From positions 1 to 40,277 of the forward strand of contig JBDRNT010000115.1 in the NCBI GenBank assembly GCA_043810925.1: a stretch of DNA of 40,277 bases. The letters run 5' to 3'. Below, in pieces: positions 1-11,104 of the stretch. Each line of letters opens with the position of its first letter. The stretch's first letter is position 1. The stretch comes from Candidatus Eiseniibacteriota bacterium. GTDB lineage: Bacteria; Arandabacterota; Arandabacteria; Arandabacterales; Arandabacteraceae. Under the pieces are notes generated by a model. It searched no databases. It was given only the letters and a program-made list of their open reading frames with translations, and was not told where the DNA came from. Both the position numbers and the translations under genes were made by a program.

Positions 1-293
1 GCCTCATCCACGGCCTCGACATGAAACGTGACATAGTCCGCACCGGCCTTTATGAAGCGCTCGAGATACGAATCGGGCTCCTCGATCATGAGATGCACAT
101 CGAGCTCGCTCCGGGCGGCTCTCTTGATCGCTTCGACGATAAACGGTCCGAGCGTAATGTTGGGTACGAAGTGGCCGTCCATCACATCGACATGGAGAAG
201 GTCGACACCGGCATCCTCAACCCGCTTGATCTCACCCTTTAGATCGGTGAAGTCAGCGGAAAGCAGTGAGGGTGCAATCCTGATAGCGCTCAC
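1..293 (-). CDS. rpe: Ribulose-phosphate 3-epimerase (5' part; runs off the window)
   Basis: Not in the ORF track. Manual minus-strand translation from GTG at 293 gives MSAIRIAPSLLSADF...LLHVDVMDGHFVPNITLGP...LDVHLMIEEP...ADYVTFHVEA, the Rpe signature motifs. The start overlaps the PASTA gene stop (GTGA). Confidence 0.95.
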   Translation of the reverse strand, partial: MSAIRIAPSLLSADFTDLKGEIKRVEDAGVDLLHVDVMDGHFVPNITLGPFIVEAIKRAARSELDVHLMIEEPDSYLERFIKAGADYVTFHVEAVDE

Positions 294-1027
294 AGCGAAA
301 ATCTCTTCTCCTTGTCGATCGTAATAACCACGTTCACTGTATCTCCCCGCGAAACAATGGACCCCGCTCGCGGTTGGTGGGACACAATCCTCGATCTTAA
401 GGGGTTGAATTCGTCATCCAGGCTCGATTCTCGTACAAAGAGCCCCAACCGTTCAAGCCTCATCTTAACAGCGATGTATGACTGGTTTCTGAGATCAGGG
501 AGAAGAACCCGGACCTTGGGAGGCCCGTCGTTTACAAGGATGTTTACGGGGCTACCCTTGACGGCCCGGCGGCCGGGAAGCGGCTCGGTCGATAGCACCT
601 CTTCGGGATAACCCTTGTCGCTCGGGGCCCGTGTCACATAACCAACATAGAACCCGGCCTGTTCAAGATCGATAAGCACCGATCGGAAGGGTTTGCCTAT
701 GCAGTAGGGAACGTCCTCGTATTCACCGCCCCGGCTTATCATGACGACGATCTTCCGGCCTTGCTTGACAACCTTTCCGGCCGGTGGATCCTGTAAGGAT
801 ACGGTGCTTTCGGGATACTCTACGCTGAATTGCTCGCCTACGACCTCATACTTAAGTCCGTTATCGCTTAAGATAAGAGCCGCATCGCTCTCCGCCATAC
901 CCCTCACATCAGGCACCGTCACCTGGCGGCCTCCAACAAACAGGATCATCAAGAGATTGAGTAGGAAGGCCATTCCCACGATGGTGGCAATACCTATCAC
1001 GACGTATGTGAGTACCCCTTTAAACAT
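290..1027 (-). CDS. Membrane-anchored PASTA-domain protein (about 3 PASTA repeats, no kinase domain)
   Basis: N-terminal TM helix, then repeats beginning VPDVRG, VPYCIG and LPDLRN, with Q.P.(A)G..V..G..V.V.IS-type ends. Confidence 0.85.
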   Translation of the reverse strand: MFKGVLTYVVIGIATIVGMAFLLNLLMILFVGGRQVTVPDVRGMAESDAALILSDNGLKYEVVGEQFSVEYPESTVSLQDPPAGKVVKQGRKIVVMISRGGEYEDVPYCIGKPFRSVLIDLEQAGFYVGYVTRAPSDKGYPEEVLSTEPLPGRRAVKGSPVNILVNDGPPKVRVLLPDLRNQSYIAVKMRLERLGLFVRESSLDDEFNPLRSRIVSHQPRAGSIVSRGDTVNVVITIDKEKRFSL

Positions 1028-2355
1028 CAGACCTTTTCCAGTCTTGCTGCGAATATGCCGTCGACATTATCCCGGTGGGGCAGTGTCTGCATCATCCCCT
1101 CTTTATAGACGACAGTCTCAGGTACAAACCGACTTATGTCGGCAAGCCGCACATCGCTGCGCTTGGCGACAACCGTCTCGACGATCTTTTCATTCTCTTC
1201 GGGCTCGAGACTGCACGTACTGTATACCACGACGCCGCCGCGTTTCACAATCTCAATCGCGCCGTTAAGGATCTTGCGCTGGTAGGACGCCATCCTTACG
1301 ATGTCACTTTCGCGCTTGGTCCACCTTAAGTCCCACCTTCTTGCCAGGACCCCGAGCCCGGTACACGGCGCATCGACAAGCACGAAGTCGGCGTCCTTAA
1401 AAGCAGGTGTCCTCGCATCGGAGACCGCGTAGAGCATACCCTCATGGCCGAGCCGGAGGGCGTTTCGCTTAACATCCGGCAGACGGTCAAGCGAGACATC
1501 ACTGGCGATGAGCGTCCCCTTGCCACCCATAATCTCATAGAGATGCGTGGCCTTGCCCCCGGGGGCGCTACAAAGATCGACGGTCGCACTTCCAGCCTCA
1601 GGGCTTAAGACACGGCCAACGAGTGTTGAGCTCGCATCCTGGACCTGGACAAGCCCTTCGCGGTGAACGCGCAGCCGGTCGACGGGACTTGCGCCGCGGA
1701 CATAGACATGATCGGTACCGGCGAAACCGCTTGAGACGATCTCGATTCCCTCGGCCGTAAGCGCCGCTTCAAGGTCTTTGAGTGTCGTCCTCATGGTGTT
1801 CACCCTGAGACCGATCGAGGGGACCCTGTTATTGGCCTCGGCAAGGCTTATGACTTCATCAACGCTCCAGCGCTTAAGCCACCTGCTCACAAGCCAGGCC
1901 GGATGGGAGTAGCGGGCGGCGATATGCTTAACCGGGTCCGTCTTAAGGGACGGATACTCGATCTTATCCTTCTCCCGCAAGAACCGCCTCAAGATAGCAT
2001 TCACGTATGACGCCTGGTGCTCATCACCGTACTGCTTAACAAGTTTAACGCCTTCATTGGTGGCGCCGTAATCCGGCACCCTATCAAGAAATAGGAGCTG
2101 GTAAAGCGAGAGCCTTAGAACGTTTAAGACAACCGGGGATACGACACGGCTCTTCCGGGAAAACTGCTTAACGATATGGTCAAGCCTGCCACGCCACTTG
2201 ATGGTCCCGCTTACTATCTGGGTGGCAAGCGCCCGCTCACGCCGGTCGGGATCGAACCTGCCAAGCAACTCTTCTAAGAGATCGTCGGGCTTTGCCCTGC
2301 CGGGGTATTCGGTGAGCACCCTGAGGGCGATCTCACGGGCCGAGAGTTTTGTCAC
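1027..2355 (-). CDS. rsmB: 16S rRNA m5C967 methyltransferase RsmB/Sun
   Basis: NusB-like N-terminus (AREIAL, YVNAILR), VQVQDASS, DLCSAPGGKAT, VLVDAPCTGLG, YSTCSLEPEENE. Likely start is GTG at 2355 with a GGAGG RBS; the ORF track extends to 2406. Confidence 0.93.
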   Translation of the reverse strand: MTKLSAREIALRVLTEYPGRAKPDDLLEELLGRFDPDRRERALATQIVSGTIKWRGRLDHIVKQFSRKSRVVSPVVLNVLRLSLYQLLFLDRVPDYGATNEGVKLVKQYGDEHQASYVNAILRRFLREKDKIEYPSLKTDPVKHIAARYSHPAWLVSRWLKRWSVDEVISLAEANNRVPSIGLRVNTMRTTLKDLEAALTAEGIEIVSSGFAGTDHVYVRGASPVDRLRVHREGLVQVQDASSTLVGRVLSPEAGSATVDLCSAPGGKATHLYEIMGGKGTLIASDVSLDRLPDVKRNALRLGHEGMLYAVSDARTPAFKDADFVLVDAPCTGLGVLARRWDLRWTKRESDIVRMASYQRKILNGAIEIVKRGGVVVYSTCSLEPEENEKIVETVVAKRSDVRLADISRFVPETVVYKEGMMQTLPHRDNVDGIFAARLEKV

Positions 2356-3175
2356 TCTTGCCTCCGCAGACTGCCACGTCGGGTTCCCCCTCCTCTGCCT
2401 GACCACCGGCTCGCGGGGTCACATGCTGAAGAAAGAAGCTAATCGCACCCTCAACCTTGGAAAGATCAACACGCGTATCCCTGCACGGTCCGTGCGGGCG
2501 GTCATTGAGGACTCCAATCACGGGGATAGGGTAGCTTTCCTGGATACCGCTTGTGAGATCACGTTCACACGCGACCGCGACGATGGCCCTGGGCCTCGTC
2601 TCCACAATCACGCGTCGTGCCAGGGTGCCGCCCGTTGCGATCGACATCTTTATGCCGTAGGAGTCGCACATGGTTATGAGATCGGCTATCTCGCACTTGC
2701 CGCACCGCTGGCAGTTCCTGACTTCCGCGGTCACCCTGTGCGGACAGTCGAAGTTCTGAAGGCAATGGGGCAGAAGAAGCAGCAGCCGGTCGCCCTCCAC
2801 GAGCCGCGATGCGGTCCTTACGAGCGAATTATTCATATCGATAAAGGACCCTCGTATCTCATCTGCCTGTATTCCGAGAACCCTGCCTATGGCAGAAGCG
2901 AGTGGAAAGAGAATCCGTACGGTTATTTTCTTGGCCGATATGAGATCGCGCCGGATGAAGCTGCTTAGGACAATCACAATGAAGAGACTTACGATCGCCA
3001 AGTAAAACCCGAGAAACGCGATCCCCACCATGAAGGGAAGTTCGGAATAGACCTCACCGAGCCTCGGCTGGATGAGATACCAGAAGCCTAGGAGCGCGAC
3101 CCCCAAAAGGACGACGCCCATGAAGGAAAGGAATATGAAGAGATTCTTACCGCGGAGTATCCTGGTCTGCCTCAT
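2333..3175 (-). CDS. DUF116-family membrane protein (Cys-rich)
   Basis: Two TM helices, then LLLLPHCLQ, C..CGKC.I, IATGGTLARR, AVACERDL and GPCRDT motifs. Lies between fmt and rsmB. Confidence 0.8.
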   Translation of the reverse strand: MRQTRILRGKNLFIFLSFMGVVLLGVALLGFWYLIQPRLGEVYSELPFMVGIAFLGFYLAIVSLFIVIVLSSFIRRDLISAKKITVRILFPLASAIGRVLGIQADEIRGSFIDMNNSLVRTASRLVEGDRLLLLLPHCLQNFDCPHRVTAEVRNCQRCGKCEIADLITMCDSYGIKMSIATGGTLARRVIVETRPRAIVAVACERDLTSGIQESYPIPVIGVLNDRPHGPCRDTRVDLSKVEGAISFFLQHVTPRAGGQAEEGEPDVAVCGGKSDKTLGP

Positions 3176-4109
3176 AGCTGAAGAGATCTCCGATCTCGGT
3201 CCTGTAGCCCCGGGCGAATTCGGCGCCGGTGACGGGCCTGCGGCCGAGCGCCTGAAGCGTCATTAGCCACACCGCCCCGCCACTACATGATACTAAGATG
3301 CCGTTTTCCGAATCAATCTCAATTACCTTACCCGGCTCACCCGCCACATCCGGCGCGGCATGAAGCCGGGACCTCATGATCTTTACCCGTTTATCCTTAA
3401 GTCCGGTCATCGCACCGGGCCAGGGGCTAACGCCACGGATATGATTATGCACAACCCGTGCGGGCCGGTCCCATACGATCCGTCCATCCTGCTTGGAAAA
3501 CTTTGGTGCATAAGACGCCAGCTCACTATCCTGCTTGGTACGCGGCGCGGAGCCTTCCGCTACGAGGTCACAGGTCTCGACAAGTACGTCCGCACCAAGC
3601 ACGGCAAGCCGCTCTAAGAGCTCGCCCGCCGTCTCGTCTTCCCCGATTGCGACCGGGCGCGTAAGAATCACATCACCCGTATCCACACCCGGGTCCATGA
3701 AGATTGTGGTGACGCCTGTTTTGGTCTCGTCGTTTATGATCGCCCAGTTTGCAGGCGCAACCCCTCTATACTTGGGAAGCAGCGATGCATGCAGGTTCAC
3801 GCAACCCAGTCTGGGAAGCGCAAGCATCCTCGGCCGCAGGATCTTACCGTATGCAACAACGGCTATGAGATCGGGGGCTACGGCTTCAAGCACTTCACGG
3901 AAGGTCCGGGTGCTGAACTTCTCGGGCTGGTGGACCGTGATGCCATGCGTGAGCGCGCACGCTTTGACGGGAGAGGCCTTGAGGCTTAAGCCCCGGCCGG
4001 CGGGTCTATCGGGCTGGGTTACGACGCATGCAATTTCATGATCGGACTTAAGAAGTCTCTCGAGGCTTGGAACCGCAAAAGCAGGACTGCCGCAGAAGAC
4101 TACTCTCAT
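3147..4109 (-). CDS. fmt: Methionyl-tRNA formyltransferase
   Basis: VVTQPDRPAGRG, VVAYGKIL, NLHASLLPKYRG, D.GVDTGD, YAPK. Confidence 0.96.
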   Translation of the reverse strand: MRVVFCGSPAFAVPSLERLLKSDHEIACVVTQPDRPAGRGLSLKASPVKACALTHGITVHQPEKFSTRTFREVLEAVAPDLIAVVAYGKILRPRMLALPRLGCVNLHASLLPKYRGVAPANWAIINDETKTGVTTIFMDPGVDTGDVILTRPVAIGEDETAGELLERLAVLGADVLVETCDLVAEGSAPRTKQDSELASYAPKFSKQDGRIVWDRPARVVHNHIRGVSPWPGAMTGLKDKRVKIMRSRLHAAPDVAGEPGKVIEIDSENGILVSCSGGAVWLMTLQALGRRPVTGAEFARGYRTEIGDLFSYEADQDTPR

Positions 4110-4636
4110 AGCGGGGATTTTGCCATCTCCTTCGCCCGTTTCCTTATCTCACTCAGCTTCTTCTTAAGCAGGCTCCGTTTGACCACCCCGAGTTTATCGA
4201 CAAACATTACGCCGTCAAGATGGTCGATCTCATGTGAGAAGGCTCTGGCCATGACCCCTTTGGCCTCGATGCTTATCTCGCCACCCTCCGCATCGAGACC
4301 CTCGACCACGACGCTCTCGGGTCGTTTGACATTTGAGTATATGCCCGGAATGCTGAGACACCCTTCCTCACCCGTCACCTCACCGCATGCGGATACAATC
4401 TCGGGATTGACGAGCACGAGATGCTTTCTCCGGCCTTCATCGTCGATGTGAACGACCACGATCACCCGCTTGGTGACCCCGATCTGGGGCGCGGCCAGCC
4501 CAAGACCCGCGGCGTGATCGACGGTGGCCACTAAGCTCGAGATCAGATTCACGGTATCATCGTCAATCGTCTCCACAGGCTCAGACAGCCGCCTCAAGAC
4601 GGGATCGCCATAGAGCCTTATCGGTCTTACCGCCAT
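4106..4636 (-). CDS. def: Peptide deformylase
   Basis: GLGLAAPQIG, EGCLSIPG and HEIDHLDG motifs. Confidence 0.97.
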   Translation of the reverse strand: MAVRPIRLYGDPVLRRLSEPVETIDDDTVNLISSLVATVDHAAGLGLAAPQIGVTKRVIVVVHIDDEGRRKHLVLVNPEIVSACGEVTGEEGCLSIPGIYSNVKRPESVVVEGLDAEGGEISIEAKGVMARAFSHEIDHLDGVMFVDKLGVVKRSLLKKKLSEIRKRAKEMAKSPL

Positions 4637-4640
4637 ACAC

Positions 4641-4976
4641 CTATTCCCGTTCGACTATCGCCGAAATCGCTGCCTTGGAGAACTCGATCTTGACGTCCTC
4701 TGCGATCTTAAGAACGATGATGTTATCCTTAACACCAACAACCGTGCCATAGACCCCACCCGATGTAACCACACGATCTCCCTTCTTGACCGACTCCAAC
4801 ATCTTTTGATGATCCTTCTGCTTCTTCTGTTGCGGTCTAATCAAGAGGAAATAGAAAATGACGAAGATAAGCACTATGGGCCAGAGCCCGAGAAGCCCGC
4901 TTGAGCCTCCCTGCTGCTGATCGCACTGTCCCAGGATGGACCCGATCGAGATCAATCCGTTGAGTACTACAAACAT
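4641..4976 (-). CDS. yajC: Preprotein translocase subunit YajC
   Basis: FYFLLIRPQQKKQK, GDRVVTSGGVYG. Directly downstream of tgt. Confidence 0.95.
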   Translation of the reverse strand: MFVVLNGLISIGSILGQCDQQQGGSSGLLGLWPIVLIFVIFYFLLIRPQQKKQKDHQKMLESVKKGDRVVTSGGVYGTVVGVKDNIIVLKIAEDVKIEFSKAAISAIVERE

Positions 4977-4990
4977 CTGGACACCTCCGT

Positions 4991-6121
<1,131 letters not shown>

Positions 6122-6132
6122 TTAACTCACTC

Positions 6133-7164
6133 CTACACTATGAGCATGGCATCGCCGTAACTGAAGAACCTGTACTTAAGCCCTACGGCCTCATCATATG
6201 TCTTCATAATAAGGTCTCGACCTGCAAATGCGCAAACGAGCATGAGGAGTGTTGAGCGCGGGAGGTGGAAATTGGTGACGAGCGCATCGACCACCTGGAA
6301 GTCATAGGGAGGAAGAATGAACTTGTTTGTCCAGCCGCTCTGGGGCTTTAGATCGCCGCCACCGGATCTCTCCGCAACCGTCTCAAGCGTCCGGACAGAG
6401 GTGGTACCGACGGCGATGACGCGCCCGCCCTCCCGCCTGGCGGCGTTTATGCTCCGGCAACACGCACCGTCCATCTCGAAGTACTCGGCATCAAGCATAT
6501 GCTCGCCCGGGTCATCGGTCTTTACAGGGAGGAATGTGCCGGGACCGACGTGGAGCGTTAAAGATGCTATTCCCACGCCCTTCTTGCGTATCTGGGCCAG
6601 CAACTCCTCTGAGAAGTGTAGACCGGCTGTGGGCGCGGCGACCGAGCCTTCCTTCCGGGCATAGACGGTCTGATACCTCTCTATGTCTGATTCCACGGGC
6701 AGCCGCTTGATATAGGGTGGAAGCGGGACCTTGCCCACCTCATCGATTACGGTTCGTACATCGACACCGGGAAATTCGATTACGCGTTTAGCCCCTTCCA
6801 GTCGCTCGATGACGACACACCTGTACTTATCTCCCAGGACCACTTCCGCACCACTCTTAAGCTTCCTCGATGGTGAGACCAGGGCTTCCCATCTGCCGTC
6901 ACCAACCTCTCTTACAAGCAGGATCTCCACCTTGCCGCCGGTTGCTTCTTTCCGGCCCAGGAGTCTCGCCTTTATGACTTTGGTGTCGTTGATGACAAGG
7001 AGATCGCCGGCTTCAAGGTAGTCGGCAATGTTCTTAAATTGAGCGTGGGAGATCACTCCGGCCGCCCTGTCGAGCACGAGGAGACGCGAGGCTTCACGCC
7101 GCTCGGCGGGCATAAATGCGATCAGGCCATCAGGTAAGTGATACTCGAAGTCATCGGTTCTCAT
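6133..7164 (-). CDS. queA: S-adenosylmethionine:tRNA ribosyltransferase-isomerase
   Basis: NDTKVIKARL, PLPPYIKR, YQTVYA, AAPTAGLHF, TNFHLPRSTL, FFSYGDAM. Confidence 0.97.
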   Translation of the reverse strand: MRTDDFEYHLPDGLIAFMPAERREASRLLVLDRAAGVISHAQFKNIADYLEAGDLLVINDTKVIKARLLGRKEATGGKVEILLVREVGDGRWEALVSPSRKLKSGAEVVLGDKYRCVVIERLEGAKRVIEFPGVDVRTVIDEVGKVPLPPYIKRLPVESDIERYQTVYARKEGSVAAPTAGLHFSEELLAQIRKKGVGIASLTLHVGPGTFLPVKTDDPGEHMLDAEYFEMDGACCRSINAARREGGRVIAVGTTSVRTLETVAERSGGGDLKPQSGWTNKFILPPYDFQVVDALVTNFHLPRSTLLMLVCAFAGRDLIMKTYDEAVGLKYRFFSYGDAMLIV

Positions 7165-8237
7165 CAGAAGAGCTTTGACTGATCTTCCGGGGAACGCGCT
7201 TTACCAAAGTGCTTATGCGCGAGCTCGGTTACCTCTCGCCCTCGCGGGGTCCGCTCGAGAAAACCCTCCTGCACGAGATAGGGTTCGTAGACTTCCTCGA
7301 TGGTCTCCGCCTCTTCACCAACGGCCGTAGCCAGGGTGCTTATACCCACGGGGCCACCGCCGAACTTCTCCATTATGGTCGTCAGTATCCGCTTGTCCAT
7401 GTCATCAAGCCCGCATTCATCAACCTCAAGCGCCTCAAGACCGATCCGGGCGATATCCATCGTGATCTTGCCCTCGCCCTTGACCTGGGCGAAATCCCTT
7501 ATCCTTCTTAAGAGCCTGTTGGCAATCCGGGGAGTGCATCGTGCGCGCTCTGCAATTTCTGCGGCACCGTCATCATCGATCTCTATACCGAGGATACCGG
7601 CGGATCTTTCAACTATGAGTTTAAGCTCCCCGGGAGTGTAGAAGCCTATCCGGCTTACGACCCCGAATCTTGCCCGCATCGGCGACGTTATCATGCCCGC
7701 CCGGGTGGTTGCGCCGATCAGGGTGAACTTGTTGAGATTGAGTTTGATCGATCTTGCGCTTGGTCCCTTATCGATCATGATGTCGAGCGTAAAATCTTCC
7801 ATCGCCGGGTAGAGATACTCTTCGACAATGTGATTGAGCCTGTGAATCTCATCGATGAAGAGGACACAACCTTCCCTGAGATTGGTGAGTACCCCGGCCA
7901 GATCGCCCGGCCGCTCGATCACCGGACCCGATGTCGCGGTCATGGGAACACCTATCTCGTTTGCGATTATCGAAGCCAGGGTGGTCTTACCCAGGCCGGG
8001 GGGACCGTAGAAGAGGACGTGATCCAAGGCTTCGCCCCGCATTCTCGCGGCTTCAATGAATACCCTGAGATTGTCCTTGAGTTTCTCATGACCCACGAAT
8101 TCTTCAAGTGTCTTGGGTCTTAAGCTCGTATCAAGTTCCTGCTCGTCGACACCGGCCGTGGGGTCGGTCAGCCTCGAGACCGCATCATCCCGGACCGTAT
8201 GCAGGTGCTTTCTTTTAGGTGTGTCTGAGGGCACCAC
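7164..8237 (-). CDS. ruvB: Holliday junction branch migration helicase RuvB
   Basis: [49 protein letters not shown]. Confidence 0.97.
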   Translation of the reverse strand: MVPSDTPKRKHLHTVRDDAVSRLTDPTAGVDEQELDTSLRPKTLEEFVGHEKLKDNLRVFIEAARMRGEALDHVLFYGPPGLGKTTLASIIANEIGVPMTATSGPVIERPGDLAGVLTNLREGCVLFIDEIHRLNHIVEEYLYPAMEDFTLDIMIDKGPSARSIKLNLNKFTLIGATTRAGMITSPMRARFGVVSRIGFYTPGELKLIVERSAGILGIEIDDDGAAEIAERARCTPRIANRLLRRIRDFAQVKGEGKITMDIARIGLEALEVDECGLDDMDKRILTTIMEKFGGGPVGISTLATAVGEEAETIEEVYEPYLVQEGFLERTPRGREVTELAHKHFGKARSPEDQSKLF

Positions 8238-8808
8238 GTATCAACTCCTCAACATCGAGTTCCTTTTCCGCTTCATCAACACACTTCTCGACGGCTTTTC
8301 TCGCACCTGGACGCGTGAACCCGAGCGCGATGAGCGCCTGGACGGCTTCGGACACTTTCTCACGCGGCGAGAGCGCGCCTGCACTCACACCAACGGTTAT
8401 CTCTTCCTCGGAGATCCGCTCCTTGAGCTCCACAATAAGGCGCTGGGCGGTCTTCCTCCCCACGCCTGAGATCGCCGTGAGAAAGCTCACTTCTTCCTTT
8501 ACTATCGCATCGCAGAAGTCATCGACGCTTGAACCCGAAAGTATCGTGAGTGCCGACCTCGGGCCTATCCCCGATACGGAGATCAACATCTTAAAGAGAC
8601 GCCGCTCCTTGGTCGTCGCAAACCCGAACAGGGCGTGAGTGTCCTCCCTCACGTGGAAGTGCGTGTATACCATCGTGTCCTCACCGACCGCGCCAAGCGC
8701 ATCGTAACTCGATAGCGGAACAAGCACTTCATAGCCCAGACCGCAGGTCTCAACCACTATCCGGGCCGGTGACTTCTCAACAAGTGTACCTTTTATGTAG
8801 GATATCAA
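8215..8808 (-). CDS. ruvA: Holliday junction branch migration protein RuvA
   Basis: Likely TTG start at 8808 (MISYIKG). [38 protein letters not shown]. Confidence 0.94.
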   Translation of the reverse strand: MISYIKGTLVEKSPARIVVETCGLGYEVLVPLSSYDALGAVGEDTMVYTHFHVREDTHALFGFATTKERRLFKMLISVSGIGPRSALTILSGSSVDDFCDAIVKEEVSFLTAISGVGRKTAQRLIVELKERISEEEITVGVSAGALSPREKVSEAVQALIALGFTRPGARKAVEKCVDEAEKELDVEELIRGALRHT

Positions 8809-9292
8809 GCGCTGAATCCTCGCCGAGTCTTCTTCTGTGTATATGGCAGAGCGCGGCTGCAAGCGCGTCGGCTTCATCTTCGCCGGGCATATCTGCAAGG
8901 TGCAGCAGGGCCGTCACCATGAATCTGATCTGCTCCTTCGACGCCGCGCCACTTCCGACAATGGCCTGCTTTATCTCGCCGGGGGAGTATTCGCCGATCG
9001 GAACGTTGTGGGTTGCGGCAACCAGGAGTGCCACACCCCTCACGTGCCCCAACCTCAAGGCCACACGGACGTTGTTCTTCACAAACACATCCTCTATGGC
9101 TATCTCATCCGGCTGGAACCGGCCCACTATTTCGGTAAGACCGTGGTAGACTTGTTTGAGCCGCTCATGGAAAGGCGCTCGCGGAGTTGTCGTCAGGGCG
9201 CCTGAGATCAAGACGACCGCCATCCCGCTCCCCCCCTCAACAACCGCATAACCGGTCCGCTTGATGCCGGGATCGATACCGAGTACAACCAT
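8777..9292 (-). CDS. ruvC: Crossover junction endodeoxyribonuclease RuvC
   Basis: LGIDPG, IAIEDVF, GSGAASKEQ, DEADALAAALCH. Confidence 0.95.
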   Translation of the reverse strand: MVVLGIDPGIKRTGYAVVEGGSGMAVVLISGALTTTPRAPFHERLKQVYHGLTEIVGRFQPDEIAIEDVFVKNNVRVALRLGHVRGVALLVAATHNVPIGEYSPGEIKQAIVGSGAASKEQIRFMVTALLHLADMPGEDEADALAAALCHIHRRRLGEDSALDILHKRYTC

Positions 9293-9295
9293 GAG

Positions 9296-10048
9296 CTACT
9301 CCCCGCCCAGGCTCTCGATTATCTCATCGGGTACGTCGAAGTTGGCGTATACCTTCTGGACATCGTCATGCACGTCAAGGGCATCCATCAGTCTGAGGAC
9401 CTGCTCCGCCGGCTTGCCTTCGAGCGCGATGACCGTCTGCGGGTTCCGCGTAAGCTGCGCCCTCACAAGCGGCATGCCCTTCTCAACGAGAGCGCTCCTC
9501 ACCTTCTCGAGATCCCCGGAAGTCGTGACAACCTCGAAGAAGTCGTTTTCAGTCTTCACGTCCTCCGCTCCGGCGTCGAGCGCGACGGTCATCAGTTCAT
9601 CCTCATCGACCTTGCCCTTTTCAACCTCGATCGAGCCCTTGAGATCGAACATCCATGAGACACAGCCGACCTCACCGAGGTGGCCGCCGTTCTTGCTTAA
9701 GAGATGTCTTATCTCCGATGTGGTCCTGTTCTTGTTGTCCGTCAGAACCTCTATCAGGATCGCAACACCCTGGGGTCCGTAGCCTTCGTAGCTGTGCTCC
9801 TCGTAGGTTATCCCCGGGAGCTCGCCCGTTCCCCGCTTTATGGCCTTGTCGATGTTGGCGGCCGGCATGTTACCCGACCGGGCAGCGTCGATTGCCGCCC
9901 TCAGCCTTGGATTCCCATCCGGGTCTCCACCACCGGCGCGGGCGGCGACAGTGAGCTCCTTAATTATCTTACTAAAGAGCTTACCCCGCTCAGCGTCGGC
10001 CTTGCCCTTCTTACGCTTGATTGTGCTCCACTTTGAATGACCTGACAT
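9296..10048 (-). CDS. yebC: YebC/PmpR family protein
   Basis: MSGHSKWSTIKRKK, YEGYGP.GVA, TDNKNRT, DDVQKVY.N. Canonical position upstream of ruvC. Confidence 0.95.
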   Translation of the reverse strand: MSGHSKWSTIKRKKGKADAERGKLFSKIIKELTVAARAGGGDPDGNPRLRAAIDAARSGNMPAANIDKAIKRGTGELPGITYEEHSYEGYGPQGVAILIEVLTDNKNRTTSEIRHLLSKNGGHLGEVGCVSWMFDLKGSIEVEKGKVDEDELMTVALDAGAEDVKTENDFFEVVTTSGDLEKVRSALVEKGMPLVRAQLTRNPQTVIALEGKPAEQVLRLMDALDVHDDVQKVYANFDVPDEIIESLGGE

Positions 10049-10072
10049 ATATGTTCACCTCTCTATTTACAA

Positions 10073-10101
10073 TAGATACCACAAGATAGGACTCAATTCA
10101 A
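10073..10101 (-). promoter_or_regulatory. Putative sigma70 promoter of the yebC-ruv-que operon
   Basis: Minus strand TTGAAT-N17-TATCTA with TG extension, about 25 nt upstream of the yebC ATG, in an AT-rich intergenic gap. Confidence 0.4.
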
Positions 10102-10135
10102 ATGAAATTAAGGGGGGACGGAAGAGCAAGGTTTT

Positions 10136-11086
10136 TCAGCCTTTTGAGGCGCCGGTCGCGTTAACCGCAGGTTTGTCGGTTTTCGGTACTTCCACCTTTA
10201 TTCGCTTAAGATCGATCTCCCCTACCCCGTTGTCATATGCAGCCATGAGATGGGGTACTTCCCTGGCAGAGAGGCTCCTGCCGCCGAACTTGTAGCGTGA
10301 TGTGACTACCGAATCGAGAGCGAGGATGTCGGTACCTGCAAACAGCCTGTTATCTTCGGTTACGGGCCCCGGGCCTGTCGGGCCTCCATTGAGAAGGACG
10401 CGCCGGGCATCGATAATGTTGAGATCGGGTCGGACCACAGTCGCAAGATCGCCTATTGCTTTCGCGAGATCCAGCTGCGTGTGAAAGGCCGAACGGTCCC
10501 AGATAGCACCCATCAGGTTTTTAATCGCGAGGCTTACACGTGCCGCCGAATGATGCTTGGCGGTGGCCACATTGATGAAGAGATCGGCGCTCGAGAGCAT
10601 CTTGAGTATCTCGGTCTTCTTTAAGACCTTGCCGGCTACATCAACGGGCTCAAAGAAGCTCCGTTCATTCGCAAGCACGAGCTTCGCGGCCGGGTACTTC
10701 TCGGCCACCTTCACGAGTTCCACCCTGCTGAAGTTGGCGGCTTGCTGAAGTGTGTGATCGGTGATGATGATGTCCCTCACACCTGCATCTACAAAAAACT
10801 CACAGAGTGCGTCGACAAGCTCCGGAGAGGTCGTCGTGGCCCGCCCGGGAGGATGCGGCAGGCAGAGGTTGGGTTTTATGAGAACGGTCGCTTTAGACGG
10901 GTCTCCGGAGAGGAGCTTCTTTATGCCACCTAAGGAGGAAAAAAGGCTTCGAACCGCATCACGCGCCGCACCCTCAATCTCCCAGACCACGGCAGCCGGT
11001 TTGTCATCACCGAGTGATAGGCTCCACGGTAGCAGGCTTGCAGCAAAGGCGGCGCCGCCGGCCTTGAGGAAACGTCTTCGTTTCAT
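10136..11086 (-). CDS. DUF362-domain protein with Tat signal
   Basis: MKRRRFLK twin-Arg signal. VLIKPN, TAKHHS, LAIKNLMG, GGP.GPG, D.LALD motifs. Confidence 0.85.
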   Translation of the reverse strand: MKRRRFLKAGGAAFAASLLPWSLSLGDDKPAAVVWEIEGAARDAVRSLFSSLGGIKKLLSGDPSKATVLIKPNLCLPHPPGRATTTSPELVDALCEFFVDAGVRDIIITDHTLQQAANFSRVELVKVAEKYPAAKLVLANERSFFEPVDVAGKVLKKTEILKMLSSADLFINVATAKHHSAARVSLAIKNLMGAIWDRSAFHTQLDLAKAIGDLATVVRPDLNIIDARRVLLNGGPTGPGPVTEDNRLFAGTDILALDSVVTSRYKFGGRSLSAREVPHLMAAYDNGVGEIDLKRIKVEVPKTDKPAVNATGASKG

Positions 11087-11104
11087 GCTCTTCCGCCTCG
11101 CCTC

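Noticed and set aside
2198-2968. Long antisense ORFs (e.g. 2198-2968, 19075-19854, 34702-35523, 38650-39309, 33461-34138)
   Set aside because: They are shadows of well-supported genes on the opposite strand in GC-rich DNA, with no recognisable motifs.
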